DNA of 64,000 nt from Candidatus Poribacteria bacterium (GCA_965214095.1 OZ243938.1:3648001-3712000), one strand, 5' to 3'. Shown: positions 39,662 to 50,534, counted from the stretch's first letter. The notes: generated from the sequence alone by a model not told the origin. Made by a program: numbers and translations.

Positions 39662-40666
39662 TTATTCATCCCACGGCAGTGGCACACCGAGACGTTCACT
39701 TGCTGAACGTGCTGATGACTGTTCCATTTCACCATATCGTATCCCCTCACGTCGATGTATTTCTGTGCGTTCTTCTTCAATTGCCCCAGGAAGTAGTGCC
39801 TCGTCTGTTCCCGGCAGCGGTTCATAAGTCTCGCGTACATCATGCACTAAACGATCAACTTCTGCGTGGAATAAATCAGATGGCACAACGGATTCAATGT
39901 GTATGGCGAGTACCATGCCGCCATGCCTTGCCCCGCTCCATTTTGCTGTGTCTTCCGATGGTGCTTCAGTAAAACCTGTCAAAGCACCCCCAAGTAGACA
40001 TGCGACAGCAGTGTACCCGATACTCTTAAAGAATGCAGCTGGAATCACGGAAAGCAGTTCATCAAATTCTGGACCGCGTTGATAGTCTGCCATAATACAC
40101 GTTGCCGCATCTAATACGACCGGGGGTTCATCGCCAGACGTTATAGCAAAACAGATAGGCGGATTGCCGTAATACCCCAGTTGTGGTTTAGAATCACGAC
40201 CACCTGCGTTCCCGTGGTTCTGATACCCTTGCACCGAAAACCCGATGCAACCTGATTCATTACACAACCGAGCATAATGTCCCGCGGAACCGTAGTGTCC
40301 AATATACCGGACGAGTCCCATACCGATGCCGACCTCTTTCGCTTTAGCAATAGCATGCTCCGTGGCACGGACCATCGGAAGATAACCGAGTGTTCCATTT
40401 CCATCAAGCACAACAGCGGTGGGGGTTTCACGGATAACACGTATATTTGGATTGGGATTCAAACTACCTTTTTCAAAACCACCGCAGTACCCGCTTAAAG
40501 TCCGTGTTCCGTGGCTACGGACACCACGCAAATCCGAATTGACAAGCAAGCGACTGATCAGTGCGGCATGTTCATGGGTTATACCTGCTTTTTCAAAACA
40601 AGTTGTGCTAAACTTGAGAAGCCTCTCTTCATCTACACGAATGAATTCTTCTGGTGGTCTATTCAT
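39662..40666 (-). CDS. Ldh_2-family (type-2 malate/L-lactate dehydrogenase-like) oxidoreductase
   Basis: DLRGVRSHG, LDGNGTLG, HYGSAGHY, GNPPICFA and LLPG.IE motifs. Confidence 0.9.
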   Translation of the reverse strand: MNRPPEEFIRVDEERLLKFSTTCFEKAGITHEHAALISRLLVNSDLRGVRSHGTRTLSGYCGGFEKGSLNPNPNIRVIRETPTAVVLDGNGTLGYLPMVRATEHAIAKAKEVGIGMGLVRYIGHYGSAGHYARLCNESGCIGFSVQGYQNHGNAGGRDSKPQLGYYGNPPICFAITSGDEPPVVLDAATCIMADYQRGPEFDELLSVIPAAFFKSIGYTAVACLLGGALTGFTEAPSEDTAKWSGARHGGMVLAIHIESVVPSDLFHAEVDRLVHDVRETYEPLPGTDEALLPGAIEEERTEIHRREGIRYGEMEQSSARSASERLGVPLPWDE

Positions 40667-40844
40667 ATTGTTGCTCCTTTATGCTAATAATATGATTGTC
40701 AAGATGTTCTTATTCAAATTATTATATCACAATCTTGGTTTAGACAGTGGTCTAAATTTTGATGACAGGACAACCGCTGATCATCTAATGACATGTATGG
40801 ATATTGTTAGGATGATATGCTATCCTATAATGAGGAGGGATAAC

Positions 40845-41333
40845 ATGAAACATTTGTGGATGAAACGCACTATACAGATTATAGGGTGTGTTGTGCTTTT
40901 TAGCATCATTGCATGGGCACAAAAAGATGAGGAACTGACGAAGGAAGGTATTACCTTGACAGATCTCGGTGTGACAGCGGAACAGAAAACCCAAATTGAA
41001 GCCATGTGGAAACTAAAACGTCAGAAACATTTAGATGCAGTCAAAGACCTTAAGACACTGAACCGACTTGTTAAGGATTCGCTGATTGGAGATGAGGAAA
41101 TTCGGAAAACACTGGAGAATTTCCGAACGAAACGGAAGGAATTACAGAAGCAAATTGATAAGTCAGAGACGAAGTTAGTAGAAGTTTTATCCCCACGTGC
41201 ACAACTTCATCTGACGGTATTAGGTGTTTTGGAAAACGGTTTACCACGTAGAATTGTCAAGACACAAAAAGATAAATCAGCACCAGAAAAAAGCAGTGAT
41301 GTACCTACACCGCCTGAACAACCGACAGAATAA
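40845..41333 (+). CDS. Small periplasmic helical protein (Spy/CpxP or heavy-metal-sensor-like)
   Basis: RBS gaggagg then ATG at 40845; signal peptide; LGVTAEQKTQI and VLSPRAQ resemble LTxxQ motifs. Confidence 0.6.
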   Translation: MKHLWMKRTIQIIGCVVLFSIIAWAQKDEELTKEGITLTDLGVTAEQKTQIEAMWKLKRQKHLDAVKDLKTLNRLVKDSLIGDEEIRKTLENFRTKRKELQKQIDKSETKLVEVLSPRAQLHLTVLGVLENGLPRRIVKTQKDKSAPEKSSDVPTPPEQPTE

Positions 41334-41336
41334 AAA

Positions 41337-41412
<76 letters not shown>

Positions 41413-41478
41413 ACCTGCTTCAATTGTTTTAAATAATAACACATTGGGGCATGAAAAGCAAATTATTTTCGTCTATAT

Positions 41479-41697
41479 CAGGGTTATTTAGTTTTAGGTT
41501 TATCTTGTGTTTTTTTCACAAATGCTAAATGCCTCAAGCCGGTAGGTGCGGTTTCCTAACCGCACCGAATTTGTGCGAAAACCTTTCATAGTCATTATTC
41601 TTGTAGGTTCCAGTGCGGTTAGGAAACCGCACCTACCGGCCTGGGATTAACTTTCAGTAATCTCTATTCTGGAAAATACTTATAACTAATAACCCTG
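41479..41697. mobile_element. MITE-like element family C containing a REP doublet
   Basis: cagggttatttag...taataaccctg; inverted homologue at ~61391..61571. Confidence 0.7.
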
Positions 41698-41856
41698 CCA
41701 CAACTCTGTTTCACCTTGACATAATTAATGCTACGATATATAATCCAATCATTGCACAAGTAAAGTTCTGATGAATAACAAAAGAAAATAATTCATGAGA
41801 ATTCAATGGTAATGATATCTCTAATCAAATAGTTAACTCAATATAGGTAAACCATA

Positions 41857-42222
41857 ATGGAACTATTAATTCATTTCTTTCTTAGAAGTATGACTCTTAT
41901 ATTGCAATTAGTATTTATGGCGTGTTTTCTGTTTTTATACATTAAAACAAAGTCTAAGGGAGTCATCCTGATTTGGATAACACTCCTTATTGGGAAAATC
42001 CTCCATTGGTTAACTTTCAGACTATACATAAATGTTTTCAGTAATAATTCTCGTATTGGTAGTATAAGCACTGTTGAGCTTTTCTCCATAACAAACCAGA
42101 TTATTGCTTGGTTAATTCTGTTACTATCTTCGTGTGGGATCATAATCATATATAATGAATGGAAGCAAGGTAAGTTTCAGAATACTTTGCCTATAGACAA
42201 ACCTGGAATTGATTTACGTTAG
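41857..42222 (+). CDS. Hypothetical membrane protein (3 TM, AT-rich)
   Basis: 121-aa ORF with three hydrophobic segments; no recognisable motif. Confidence 0.55.
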   Translation: MELLIHFFLRSMTLILQLVFMACFLFLYIKTKSKGVILIWITLLIGKILHWLTFRLYINVFSNNSRIGSISTVELFSITNQIIAWLILLLSSCGIIIIYNEWKQGKFQNTLPIDKPGIDLR

Positions 42223-42258
42223 AATCATATCAAACACAGAATTACCAATTGACCTTGA

Positions 42259-42939
42259 ATGAAAATCTTAGGTATTGACACCTCAACCCCTATCGGCAGT
42301 GTTGCTCTCATAGACGATGAGAACATAGTCGCCGAACATACCCTCAATATCGTCCAAGCCCATTCCTCCCGATTGATGCCTGCAATTGATACCGTTCTGA
42401 AATGGGGAGAGATTACCCCACACGAATTAGATGGTTGTGCAGTCGGTATTGGACCTGGTTCATTTACTGGCATCCGTATCGGCGTTGCAACAGCGAAATC
42501 ACTCTGCTACGCAGCAGACAAACCGATTGTCGGTGTATCAACATTAGAAGCAATTGCATATAATCTCCGATGGACTGATGGTCGTATCTGTCCGATTCTT
42601 GACGCACGACGTAGTGAAATCTACGGCAGTATCTTTCAAGGTGGCGAAAAATGGCAACGCGTTACTGACGATCTCTGCTTATCTATTGATGCATTTTTAG
42701 ATGAACTTGAAGGTCATATTTCATCGGACGCTACTCCCATTTTTGTAGGAGATGGACTTGCTACTTATGGAGATGTCATCCGTGAGCGGCTTGGTGAAAC
42801 GGTGCCGTTTGCAGATGCAATCTTTAATGTGCCACGTGGGTCAACTGTTGCGAAACTCGGCGCGCAACGTCTAAAACAAGGTGACACTGATAGTTATTGG
42901 ACTTTAGTGCCAAACTATGTTAGAATTGGGTTGTATTGA
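42259..42939 (+). CDS. tsaB: tRNA threonylcarbamoyladenosine biosynthesis protein TsaB
   Basis: MKILGIDTST, HSSRLMP, GPGSFTGIRIG and DARRSEIY motifs. Confidence 0.97.
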   Translation: MKILGIDTSTPIGSVALIDDENIVAEHTLNIVQAHSSRLMPAIDTVLKWGEITPHELDGCAVGIGPGSFTGIRIGVATAKSLCYAADKPIVGVSTLEAIAYNLRWTDGRICPILDARRSEIYGSIFQGGEKWQRVTDDLCLSIDAFLDELEGHISSDATPIFVGDGLATYGDVIRERLGETVPFADAIFNVPRGSTVAKLGAQRLKQGDTDSYWTLVPNYVRIGLY

Positions 42940-43010
42940 TTCTGGATACAAACCTACATTGATATTAATCTTGGATAACCTACCTGTGTTTCTCTTGATT
43001 CTACCATGAC

Positions 43011-44435
43011 ATGAACCGTATTCTAAAAAATACATCTACGTTGTTCGGTGCACACCTTCTCGGTGGCTTTAGTTCGCTCATATTAACGCTTTGGTTGATG
43101 CCTCAGTTTTTTTCGGAGAGCGAATTAGGTGGCTACTTTGTTGCAATCGCCTTAACCAACCTGATCGCAAGTCTAACAGAACTCGGCATACAAAACCCAT
43201 TAATCCGTGAAATGACACTCAATCTACCCCAAACGCGTCATTTTCTCGGTAACGCGCTTCTTGTGCGACTTGTCTTGTCTATTGTGGCATACACACTCAT
43301 GATTGTCTTCGGTATCATTTTGTGGTCTACCTCAACAATCGTTACAATGGTCGTCTATTTAGGGGTAGCAGAGATTGTCAATTCCATCGCACAACTCTAT
43401 AGATGCGTCTTCCGAGCGCATGAAGAGATGAAATACGAAGCATTTACAGTACTGGCAGAACGTGGAACACTATTTCTCGTGGGTGGTGGTGCAATCCTAC
43501 TCGGATACAACATTGTAAATGTATGTCAAGTTTGGTTATTAACAGGTTGTCTTAACCTTGTTCTGAGTATTGCATTTGCGCGATTCCGTTTCACACCGCT
43601 AAGTTTTAAACCGAGTCGGAAGGTGATAGTCGTACTGATGCAGCAAGCACTTCCCTTTGCAGTTGGTAACTTGTTCAATTTAGTCTATTTTCGGATTGAT
43701 GCAATCATGCTGTCAAAACTTAGTCCGGACGGCGTAGATGCGAACACTTGGTATGGATTAGCATATACGTTAGTCAACGCTTTAACAACCTTACCGGGCG
43801 CATTTCTGATGGGGGCAATGTTTCCTGTGCTATCTCGTTTGTATGTAAATGAACGCGATAGGTTACCGCAAGCATACACATTCGCTGTGCGGTGGATGGT
43901 AATATGTGGGGTGCCATTAGCAATTGGACTTGCCACACTCTCACACGAAATTCCAAATCTGCTGTTTTCTTATCGGTATACACCAGGGACTATAGAGAAG
44001 ATTTCCTCTGCATTATTATGGTTAAGTGCAACAGGTGGCATGGTTTTCTTGTCAACTGTCGTTATAACAATGCTTCGCGCTGCGGATAAACGCCGTGTGT
44101 TTTCAATACTTATGGGAACAACGGCACTCTTGAACATCGTATTGAACTTTATACTGATACCGCGCTTCAACCACGTAGGTGCAGCAATTGCAATGGTAAT
44201 CAGTGAGATATATCTGTTGATCATCGGGTTTAGTTACATTTCCAAACGGATCGCCAAACTGACTGAAATTGGATTTATATTCAAGGTTGTTCTCATTTCT
44301 GCTGTAATGGGAATAGGTTTGGTGTTGTTGAAGGGGATGTTGTCTATTTGGATTTTGATTCCGTTGGCGATGGTTTTCTATTTCGGTGCAATCGTGTGTT
44401 GGGGTGAGTTTTGGATTGGGTTTGAGTTTGATTAG
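43011..44435 (+). CDS. Wzx-like polysaccharide flippase (MOP superfamily)
   Basis: Many TM segments; RILKNT start, YFRIDAIML and LNFILIPRFNHVGAAIA motifs. Confidence 0.88.
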   Translation: MNRILKNTSTLFGAHLLGGFSSLILTLWLMPQFFSESELGGYFVAIALTNLIASLTELGIQNPLIREMTLNLPQTRHFLGNALLVRLVLSIVAYTLMIVFGIILWSTSTIVTMVVYLGVAEIVNSIAQLYRCVFRAHEEMKYEAFTVLAERGTLFLVGGGAILLGYNIVNVCQVWLLTGCLNLVLSIAFARFRFTPLSFKPSRKVIVVLMQQALPFAVGNLFNLVYFRIDAIMLSKLSPDGVDANTWYGLAYTLVNALTTLPGAFLMGAMFPVLSRLYVNERDRLPQAYTFAVRWMVICGVPLAIGLATLSHEIPNLLFSYRYTPGTIEKISSALLWLSATGGMVFLSTVVITMLRAADKRRVFSILMGTTALLNIVLNFILIPRFNHVGAAIAMVISEIYLLIIGFSYISKRIAKLTEIGFIFKVVLISAVMGIGLVLLKGMLSIWILIPLAMVFYFGAIVCWGEFWIGFEFD

Positions 44436-44522
44436 TGTAGGGGGAGTCACACGGTTCAGGAAATGCTGCGGAAATGAATGCATTTTAAGTATGTCAATAC
44501 ATTCCGATTGATGAATTACACT

Positions 44523-44843
44523 TCACGGTTCAATATAGACAATTTGTTGAGGTAGAATGGATTTTAGTACTTCGCGTAACTGTGGCATTAAGGGAAGTAA
44601 AGTATCCAACCTGTTCCTATATGTAACAAGTACAATAACGGCAATGTCAAAACGGTCAAGATTCTGTTGATATTCAATGTTTCTGTCGGCAGTAAGCCAG
44701 ACATCAAATTCTTTTTCTGCTAAGTGGAGCAAGTCACCATTTTCTATGCCAGACCAACCCTTTTCTTGAACGGTAAATACAGTATGTCCACGCAACTCTT
44801 GCTTAAGTCTTTTTGGTAGGCATTCATCAATCAGAATATACAT
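44523..44843 (-). CDS. DUF5615 PIN-like toxin (VapC45-like)
   Basis: ILIDECLP...GWSGIENGDLL...LTADRNI; overlaps the upstream antitoxin gene. Confidence 0.85.
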   Translation of the reverse strand: MYILIDECLPKRLKQELRGHTVFTVQEKGWSGIENGDLLHLAEKEFDVWLTADRNIEYQQNLDRFDIAVIVLVTYRNRLDTLLPLMPQLREVLKSILPQQIVYIEP

Positions 44844-45078
44844 TTGCTTGCGAGAGTAGTATTTCCTTTGCTAATTCAAGTGCTTGGACCGCTTGCTTTC
44901 GGCTGACAGAAGGAAAATCTTCCAAAAATTCGTCTAGGTTATCACCTGCTTCCAAATAGTCAATAAGGTTTTTAATCGGAACACGCGTGTTTTTAAAGAC
45001 AGGCGTGCCACTCATAATCCGCGGATTACAAGTAATGAGGTTGTAAAATGCCTGAGTTGTCTGTTTATCAAAATTCAT
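44827..45078 (-). CDS. DUF433 antitoxin (VapB45-like)
   Basis: PRIMSGTPVFKNTRVPI...EFLEDFPSVS signature. Confidence 0.9.
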   Translation of the reverse strand: MNFDKQTTQAFYNLITCNPRIMSGTPVFKNTRVPIKNLIDYLEAGDNLDEFLEDFPSVSRKQAVQALELAKEILLSQANVYSD

Positions 45079-45208
45079 GTGTGAATTCTCCTAAAGGGTT
45101 GTTTGGTGTTTATTAAAAATACCACAAAAACACAGAAATTGCCAACATTTGTTCATCTGACCTGAAGATCCGATATGATAACTTTTACCCCGTATAGAGA
45201 AATAATGC

Positions 45209-46480
45209 TCATGTATACAATTCCTGCAGCACTTCAAAATAATCTGGAAAAGTCTTACTAACGCAATCAGGGTCTTTAATCTGAATACCCGGTACTTTCA
45301 ACCCGATAAGTGAGAATGCCATCGCAACGCGGTGGTCACTATAAGTATCAATCGCTGTCGGAGTGATTGAGGAAGGTGAAATTTCAAGTCCATCTCGATG
45401 TTCAACCACATCTACACCTAATTTTTGTAGTTCCGTCACCATTGCGTGGATTCTATCTGTCTCCTGCCAGCGCGTATGCTCAATGTTTCGGATAGAGACT
45501 TTGCTATCGGCAAACGGTGCAATCGCAGCGAGGGTTAATGCGGTATCTGATATATCCTTCATATCCACATCAATACCCTTCAACCGATGCGGTCCCTGGA
45601 CAGTTATTCCTGCATCCGATACAGAAACCTGACACCCCATCTGCTCTAAGACGTGCACAAATTGCACATCACCCTGTACGGAATCTGTGGATATATGCTG
45701 GACAGTAACACAACCACCCGTGAGTGCAGCTGCAGCGAAAAAGTATGATGCACTGGACGCATCCGGTTCAATGTAGTATGCACGTGGTTGATACTGCTGT
45801 CCACCTGCGATATGGAAATGTCTATAGTCTTTGTGCGAAACCTGCACACCGAACGTTTCCATAACTGCCAGCGTAATGTCAATATAAGGTGTTTTTAGAT
45901 CTCCGATAACCTCTATCTCCATACCCGTTTCGGCGTAGGGGGCGACGAGTAACAATGCGGTTAGAAACTGACTGCTTTTGCTGGCATCAATTGTAGTTTT
46001 TCTTCCTTTTAGTCCATCTGCTTCAACGATGATAGGGAGATGACCGTTCTCATATTGCGAATAAGCGGAAACACCGAGTTGCGTCAGGGCATCAAGTAAA
46101 TCTGACATAGGACGGCTGTGACGCATCGGTTCATCACCATCGAGCACAAATTCTCCGTGTCCGAGAGAGACATAACTGATAAGTGAACGGGTTGTTGTGC
46201 CTGAGTTGCCTACATAGAGTTCCGCGCCGTGGACAGGTATATTCTCACCATTTCCTATGACGTTGAAGGTGGATTGTTCCCTATTTTCCGATATTTGAAT
46301 ACCGAGTTTACGGAGTGCGTTGCACATATAGTGTGTGTCATCGCTGAAAAGGGCACCAGTCAACGTGGAGTTTCCGTTTGCAAGTGCAGCGACTAACAAC
46401 GCACGGTTTGTAAAACTTTTGGAGCCAGGAACTGCGATTGTAACGTTAGGCGGGTTTTGAATCGGTTGAATTGCTCTCAT
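45209..46480 (-). CDS. aroA: 3-phosphoshikimate 1-carboxyvinyltransferase
   Basis: PGSKSFTNR, GNSGTT.R, SSQFLTALL, QETDRI, DHRVAM and KTFPDY motifs. Confidence 0.98.
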   Translation of the reverse strand: MRAIQPIQNPPNVTIAVPGSKSFTNRALLVAALANGNSTLTGALFSDDTHYMCNALRKLGIQISENREQSTFNVIGNGENIPVHGAELYVGNSGTTTRSLISYVSLGHGEFVLDGDEPMRHSRPMSDLLDALTQLGVSAYSQYENGHLPIIVEADGLKGRKTTIDASKSSQFLTALLLVAPYAETGMEIEVIGDLKTPYIDITLAVMETFGVQVSHKDYRHFHIAGGQQYQPRAYYIEPDASSASYFFAAAALTGGCVTVQHISTDSVQGDVQFVHVLEQMGCQVSVSDAGITVQGPHRLKGIDVDMKDISDTALTLAAIAPFADSKVSIRNIEHTRWQETDRIHAMVTELQKLGVDVVEHRDGLEISPSSITPTAIDTYSDHRVAMAFSLIGLKVPGIQIKDPDCVSKTFPDYFEVLQELYT

Positions 46481-46498
46481 TATGTTTTGGCATTGTTC

Positions 46499-47398
46499 TT
46501 AGGACAATAATCCTAACTCGATGAGTAATTCTTTGAGTTCTGCTTTTTCTGTATCATTTAGTGGCAGCAATGGACTTGTGGTATATGCGTTGCAGACACC
46601 CAAAATCTCCAAGCAGGCTTTCATACCGCTTACACCTTGTCCGTAGGAATAAAGTTTACTAAGTTGGATCATCCATTTTTGTAGTCGGTCAACTTCATTG
46701 ATATTACGTGCTTTCGCGGCATTGTAGAGGTCAACAGATTCTTTTGGAGCGACGTTTGAAATGGAGATAACACCACCATCAGCACCGAATAACACTGCTG
46801 CTCCGATGATATAATGCGAACCGATGAAAATGGCGAAATCGTCTCGTTCACCGAGCAGGGAAAGTAGATTCAGACAGTTTATCCAATCACCTGAACTATC
46901 CTTCATCCCAACAATATTTTCACAATCATCTGCGAGTTGTGCAACAATCTGCGGTTTGATGGCAGTCTTAGCGGTAGATGGAATGTTATATATTAGAACA
47001 GGAAGGTCAGTGCTTGCTGCGATAGCTTGATAGAATTGTATAATGTCGGCATCATCAGTAGATGGATAATAATAGCCGGGTGTAGAAGCAACAGCATCTA
47101 CATCATATTGTTGTGCGATTTCAATGTTTTGGATCACCCGTTGCGTGCTTGTATCCATCACACAACAGATTATAGGCACGCGTCCTGCGACAGTCTTGGT
47201 TGCAATGTCTAATGCCCGTTCACGTTCTGCATTTGTCAATGTCGTAAACTCACCAGAAGAACCCAATAGATAAATGCCGTGAACACCGTTGTCAATAAGT
47301 CGGTTAAGTTGTTTGACAAAGCTGAGTTCATCAACAGATTCCTTTTCGTCAATCGGTGTTACTGTTGGTGTAAAAATACCTTCGTATCTGATATTCAT
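46499..47398 (-). CDS. DapA/NanA-family class I aldolase
   Basis: GSSGEF, IYNIP and GMKDSSGD motifs; substrate not assignable. Confidence 0.88.
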   Translation of the reverse strand: MNIRYEGIFTPTVTPIDEKESVDELSFVKQLNRLIDNGVHGIYLLGSSGEFTTLTNAERERALDIATKTVAGRVPIICCVMDTSTQRVIQNIEIAQQYDVDAVASTPGYYYPSTDDADIIQFYQAIAASTDLPVLIYNIPSTAKTAIKPQIVAQLADDCENIVGMKDSSGDWINCLNLLSLLGERDDFAIFIGSHYIIGAAVLFGADGGVISISNVAPKESVDLYNAAKARNINEVDRLQKWMIQLSKLYSYGQGVSGMKACLEILGVCNAYTTSPLLPLNDTEKAELKELLIELGLLS

Positions 47399-47413
47399 AA
47401 ACCCTCTTTTATG

Positions 47414-47516
47414 TATAGTGAATTATAAATATAAGTTGACACTTTCGTCCCACGGTAGGCGAGGTTTCCTAACCTCGCCGATGCAGAGTGTTCAAGTAAT
47501 TTCAAAATCTACTATA
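47414..47516. mobile_element. MITE-like element family T2 (103 bp) with GCGAGG-type REP
   Basis: tatagtgaattataaat...atttcaaaatctactata; near-identical copy at 63521..63623. Confidence 0.75.
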
Positions 47517-47632
47517 TTATTGGATTAATGCTTGATTGCAGTTTAACAAAAGGGTAAATAAATGTCAATAAATTCTATAAATGTGCTATCATAAATATCG
47601 GACATTTAACCGAACTACGGGCAAATAAATCA

Positions 47633-49423
47633 ATGACTATCCGAACACAACTCACACTTAGCTACATAGGTATCGTTCTGCTGGTGCTATTAGGAATGGG
47701 TCTTTATCTCGGTAATGCACTTAGAGGTGTGTTGAGTGATCGCATTACGGACGAGTTGAAAGTGCAGGCGGCATTGAGCAGAGAATTTCTTCTCGTGGAA
47801 CTTCCTGAAACCGATAGTTTTTCTCATAAAGTAATAGATGGTCTTGTTGATAGACTGGGAGAGACAGGGAAGATGCGATTGACATTCATCGGTAAAGATG
47901 GTACCGTTTGGGGTGATACAGAACGAGATGGAGTATCACTAATTGAGATGGAGAACCATTTATCGCGACCAGAGGTACAGAAAGCAATTATGCATGGGTA
48001 TGGCATGACTGAACGTGAAAGTGCCACAACACAGACAGAATATCGCTATTTTACGCTTCCAATAGAAAGAGATGGAGAAACAATAGGTTTTTGTCGTGTT
48101 GCAATGCCGATGGAGACCATAAATACAGCACTCGGTAACCAGCGACGTATGTTGTTATACGCTACTATAGCAGGTTCTGTTCTCGCAATTATATTTGGGA
48201 TACTTAGCACTGGTGCAATTGTCAAACCAATTAAACGATTGACACAGACTACACAATCCATTGCTGCCGGAGAAACGACATCCAAGGTTGAGGTAAAATC
48301 TAACAATGAACTTGGACAACTGCTTCAAAACTTCAACCTGATGACTGATAGAGTGGAGCAGCAGATTGAACAGGTTTCAGTTGAAAACCAACGTTTGGAA
48401 TCCATTCTGAACAATATGGGTGAAGGGGTATTACTCGTCAACGAAGCATCTGAGATTACTTATGCTAATCCGGCATCAATTGTAATGTTAAACCTACCTG
48501 AAATGTATGTTGGAAGAGCTTTGATAGAAATCAATCGCATTCCTGAACTACAAGCGTTGCTCTCTGAGGCTGAGCAGACAAGTTCCGTTGCCTTTGCAGA
48601 GATACGTCTTGCAAATGTGCAAGCATCAGAAGCGGAGGTTACTATTGTACCAGTCGCTGCAAAGAGTGAGTATGTCATTGTTATTCATGATGTTAGTCAT
48701 GTTCGTCAACTGGAGCGGATCCGTGCTGATTTCGTTGCAAACGTCTCACATGAATTGCGAACACCCTTGACTACAATTCAGGGATACGCTGAAACCTTAC
48801 TGAACAGCGAGTCAAAAAAGAGCAAAAAACGCAAAGATTTTATTGTTAAGATACTAAATCATTCTAATCGTCTTTCACGGTTGGTTTCCGATTTGTTGGA
48901 GTTGGCACGATTGGAATCGGGAGACGTGGAATTGAAAGTAGCACCAAGCCATTTGAATGCTTTCTATGAACAGATTATGGATGTCTTTGAACCTGTATTG
49001 GAAGAATCAGAATTGGTTTTGAAATGGGATATTCCGGATGAGTTGCCTCATGTAAATATAGACCAACAGTTATTCATGCAGGTTTTTATCAATCTTATTG
49101 ACAATGCTATTAAATATACTCCGGATGGGGGTGAGATTGAAATTTCAGCGAAAATTCATCCAACAAACGCGGAAAGTGCTGATGAATTGGTCGTGCATAT
49201 AAAAGACTCTGGTATTGGGATTCCATTGGAGTCGCAATCTCGTGTTTTTGAGCGTTTTTATCGCGTTGATAAAGGACGCGCACGTAAGATGGGTGGCACG
49301 GGTTTAGGCTTGGCAATTACCAAACATATTCTGCTACGTCACAACGGACGGATATGGTTGGAAAGTGAGTTGGGACAAGGCACGGTGTTCTATTTTGCAT
49401 TACCAATCCTACCAACAGATTAA
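47633..49423 (+). CDS. PhoR-like sensor histidine kinase (HAMP, PAS, HisKA, HATPase)
   Basis: FVANVSHELRTPLT, NLIDNAIKY, DSGIGIP, FERFYRVDK and GGTGLGLAI motifs; sensor ENHLSRPEV. Confidence 0.92.
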   Translation: MTIRTQLTLSYIGIVLLVLLGMGLYLGNALRGVLSDRITDELKVQAALSREFLLVELPETDSFSHKVIDGLVDRLGETGKMRLTFIGKDGTVWGDTERDGVSLIEMENHLSRPEVQKAIMHGYGMTERESATTQTEYRYFTLPIERDGETIGFCRVAMPMETINTALGNQRRMLLYATIAGSVLAIIFGILSTGAIVKPIKRLTQTTQSIAAGETTSKVEVKSNNELGQLLQNFNLMTDRVEQQIEQVSVENQRLESILNNMGEGVLLVNEASEITYANPASIVMLNLPEMYVGRALIEINRIPELQALLSEAEQTSSVAFAEIRLANVQASEAEVTIVPVAAKSEYVIVIHDVSHVRQLERIRADFVANVSHELRTPLTTIQGYAETLLNSESKKSKKRKDFIVKILNHSNRLSRLVSDLLELARLESGDVELKVAPSHLNAFYEQIMDVFEPVLEESELVLKWDIPDELPHVNIDQQLFMQVFINLIDNAIKYTPDGGEIEISAKIHPTNAESADELVVHIKDSGIGIPLESQSRVFERFYRVDKGRARKMGGTGLGLAITKHILLRHNGRIWLESELGQGTVFYFALPILPTD

Positions 49424-50097
49424 ATTTCCCACTGTTGTTCTGTCCACGCCATTTCCCAGAACAGGTATTCATAACGACTGCTAAGGTGGAAATGGTGCTT
49501 TAGTCTCTCTTTTTCCGCTGGACTACTTTCTAATGTAATTTCGTTTAACAGCTGGCGCAGCCATTCACCTAATGAAAGGAATTCAGGAGAAGCATACATA
49601 TCAATCCATTCTTGGTATAGTGGTTCGGGAGAACCCCCTTGTTCAGCAAGGTTTGTGCCGATTTCTGCATAACCCCATTGACATGGCAGCACACCAGCAA
49701 TCACATCTGCTAATGTACCTGTTTGTGCGACGTTTAGTATGTGTCGCGTATATGCATGGGTTGTCGGTGCCATCGGTGCTGCTTCCATTTCAGCAGGTGT
49801 TATTCCGAATTTCTCGCAATATCCGCGATGCAAATCCATTTCGGTGTTCAAGGTTTCATTTAGCAATTTGGCAAAGAGTGCCATCGTCTTTTCATCAGGT
49901 GCTTTGATAACACCATGTGCAAACACGCGGCTATAATCCAGTAAGAACAGGTAATCTTGGATGAGGTAGAACTTGAATTTATCTTTAGGTAGGCTCCCAT
50001 CTGCGATACCACGGACGAATGGATGTTTTAGGTCTGCTTCCCAAATAGGTGCAGCATATTGACGTAGTTTATCGGTGAATTTGGTTTGTTGTGTCAT
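49420..50097 (-). CDS. tenA: Thiaminase II / aminopyrimidine aminohydrolase
   Basis: HPFVRGIADGSL, YLIQDYLFL, LPCQWGY and EYLFWEMA motifs. Confidence 0.93.
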   Translation of the reverse strand: MTQQTKFTDKLRQYAAPIWEADLKHPFVRGIADGSLPKDKFKFYLIQDYLFLLDYSRVFAHGVIKAPDEKTMALFAKLLNETLNTEMDLHRGYCEKFGITPAEMEAAPMAPTTHAYTRHILNVAQTGTLADVIAGVLPCQWGYAEIGTNLAEQGGSPEPLYQEWIDMYASPEFLSLGEWLRQLLNEITLESSPAEKERLKHHFHLSSRYEYLFWEMAWTEQQWEI

Positions 50098-50214
50098 ATA
50101 GTCTCCTTGAAAATGGAATAGGACTCAATTATAGATTTAATTATTTACACACTACGGTAGGTTCGGTTTCCTAACCGCTTCCCCAGGACGGTAGGTTCGG
50201 TTTCCTAACCGACC

Positions 50215-50386
50215 CATAAGCGTCAATTTAGCGTCCTTCCAAGTACCGGTAGGTTCGGTTTCCTAACCGAACCGGCTTTGTGCCAAATACCTTCATAGAG
50301 GTTCTCGCATAGGATCCGGTTCGGTTAGGAAACCGAACCTACCGGCCTGGGATTATAGCGTGATTCCCCTTAAATTGACGCCTATG
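50215..50386. mobile_element. 172-bp MITE with IS4-type TIRs; 20-bp target duplication; nested in T3 element 50130..50515
   Basis: gttcggtttcctaaccgacc (non-consensus REP variant) at both 50195..50214 and 50387..50406. Confidence 0.9.
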
Positions 50387-50534
50387 GTTCGGTTTCCTAA
50401 CCGACCCGGTGTTTGTTCTGTCTCATAGTCAGGCAGAATGCGCGTATGGCATTCTGCATTGGTTAGGAAACCGCATCTACCGGGGAGTGTGCATGTATTT
50501 TTACATTTTACTATAATAACACGAGGATGTCAAA

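Noticed and set aside
40419-40844. N-terminal 142 codons of ORF 40419..41333
   Set aside because: Overlaps the Ldh_2 gene antisense; a strong RBS and signal peptide place the start at 40845.
50098-50534. TPP riboswitch upstream of tenA
   Set aside because: No CUGAGA or CUGAU..AUGCC..CGUAGGGA core seen; the region is REP/MITE DNA.
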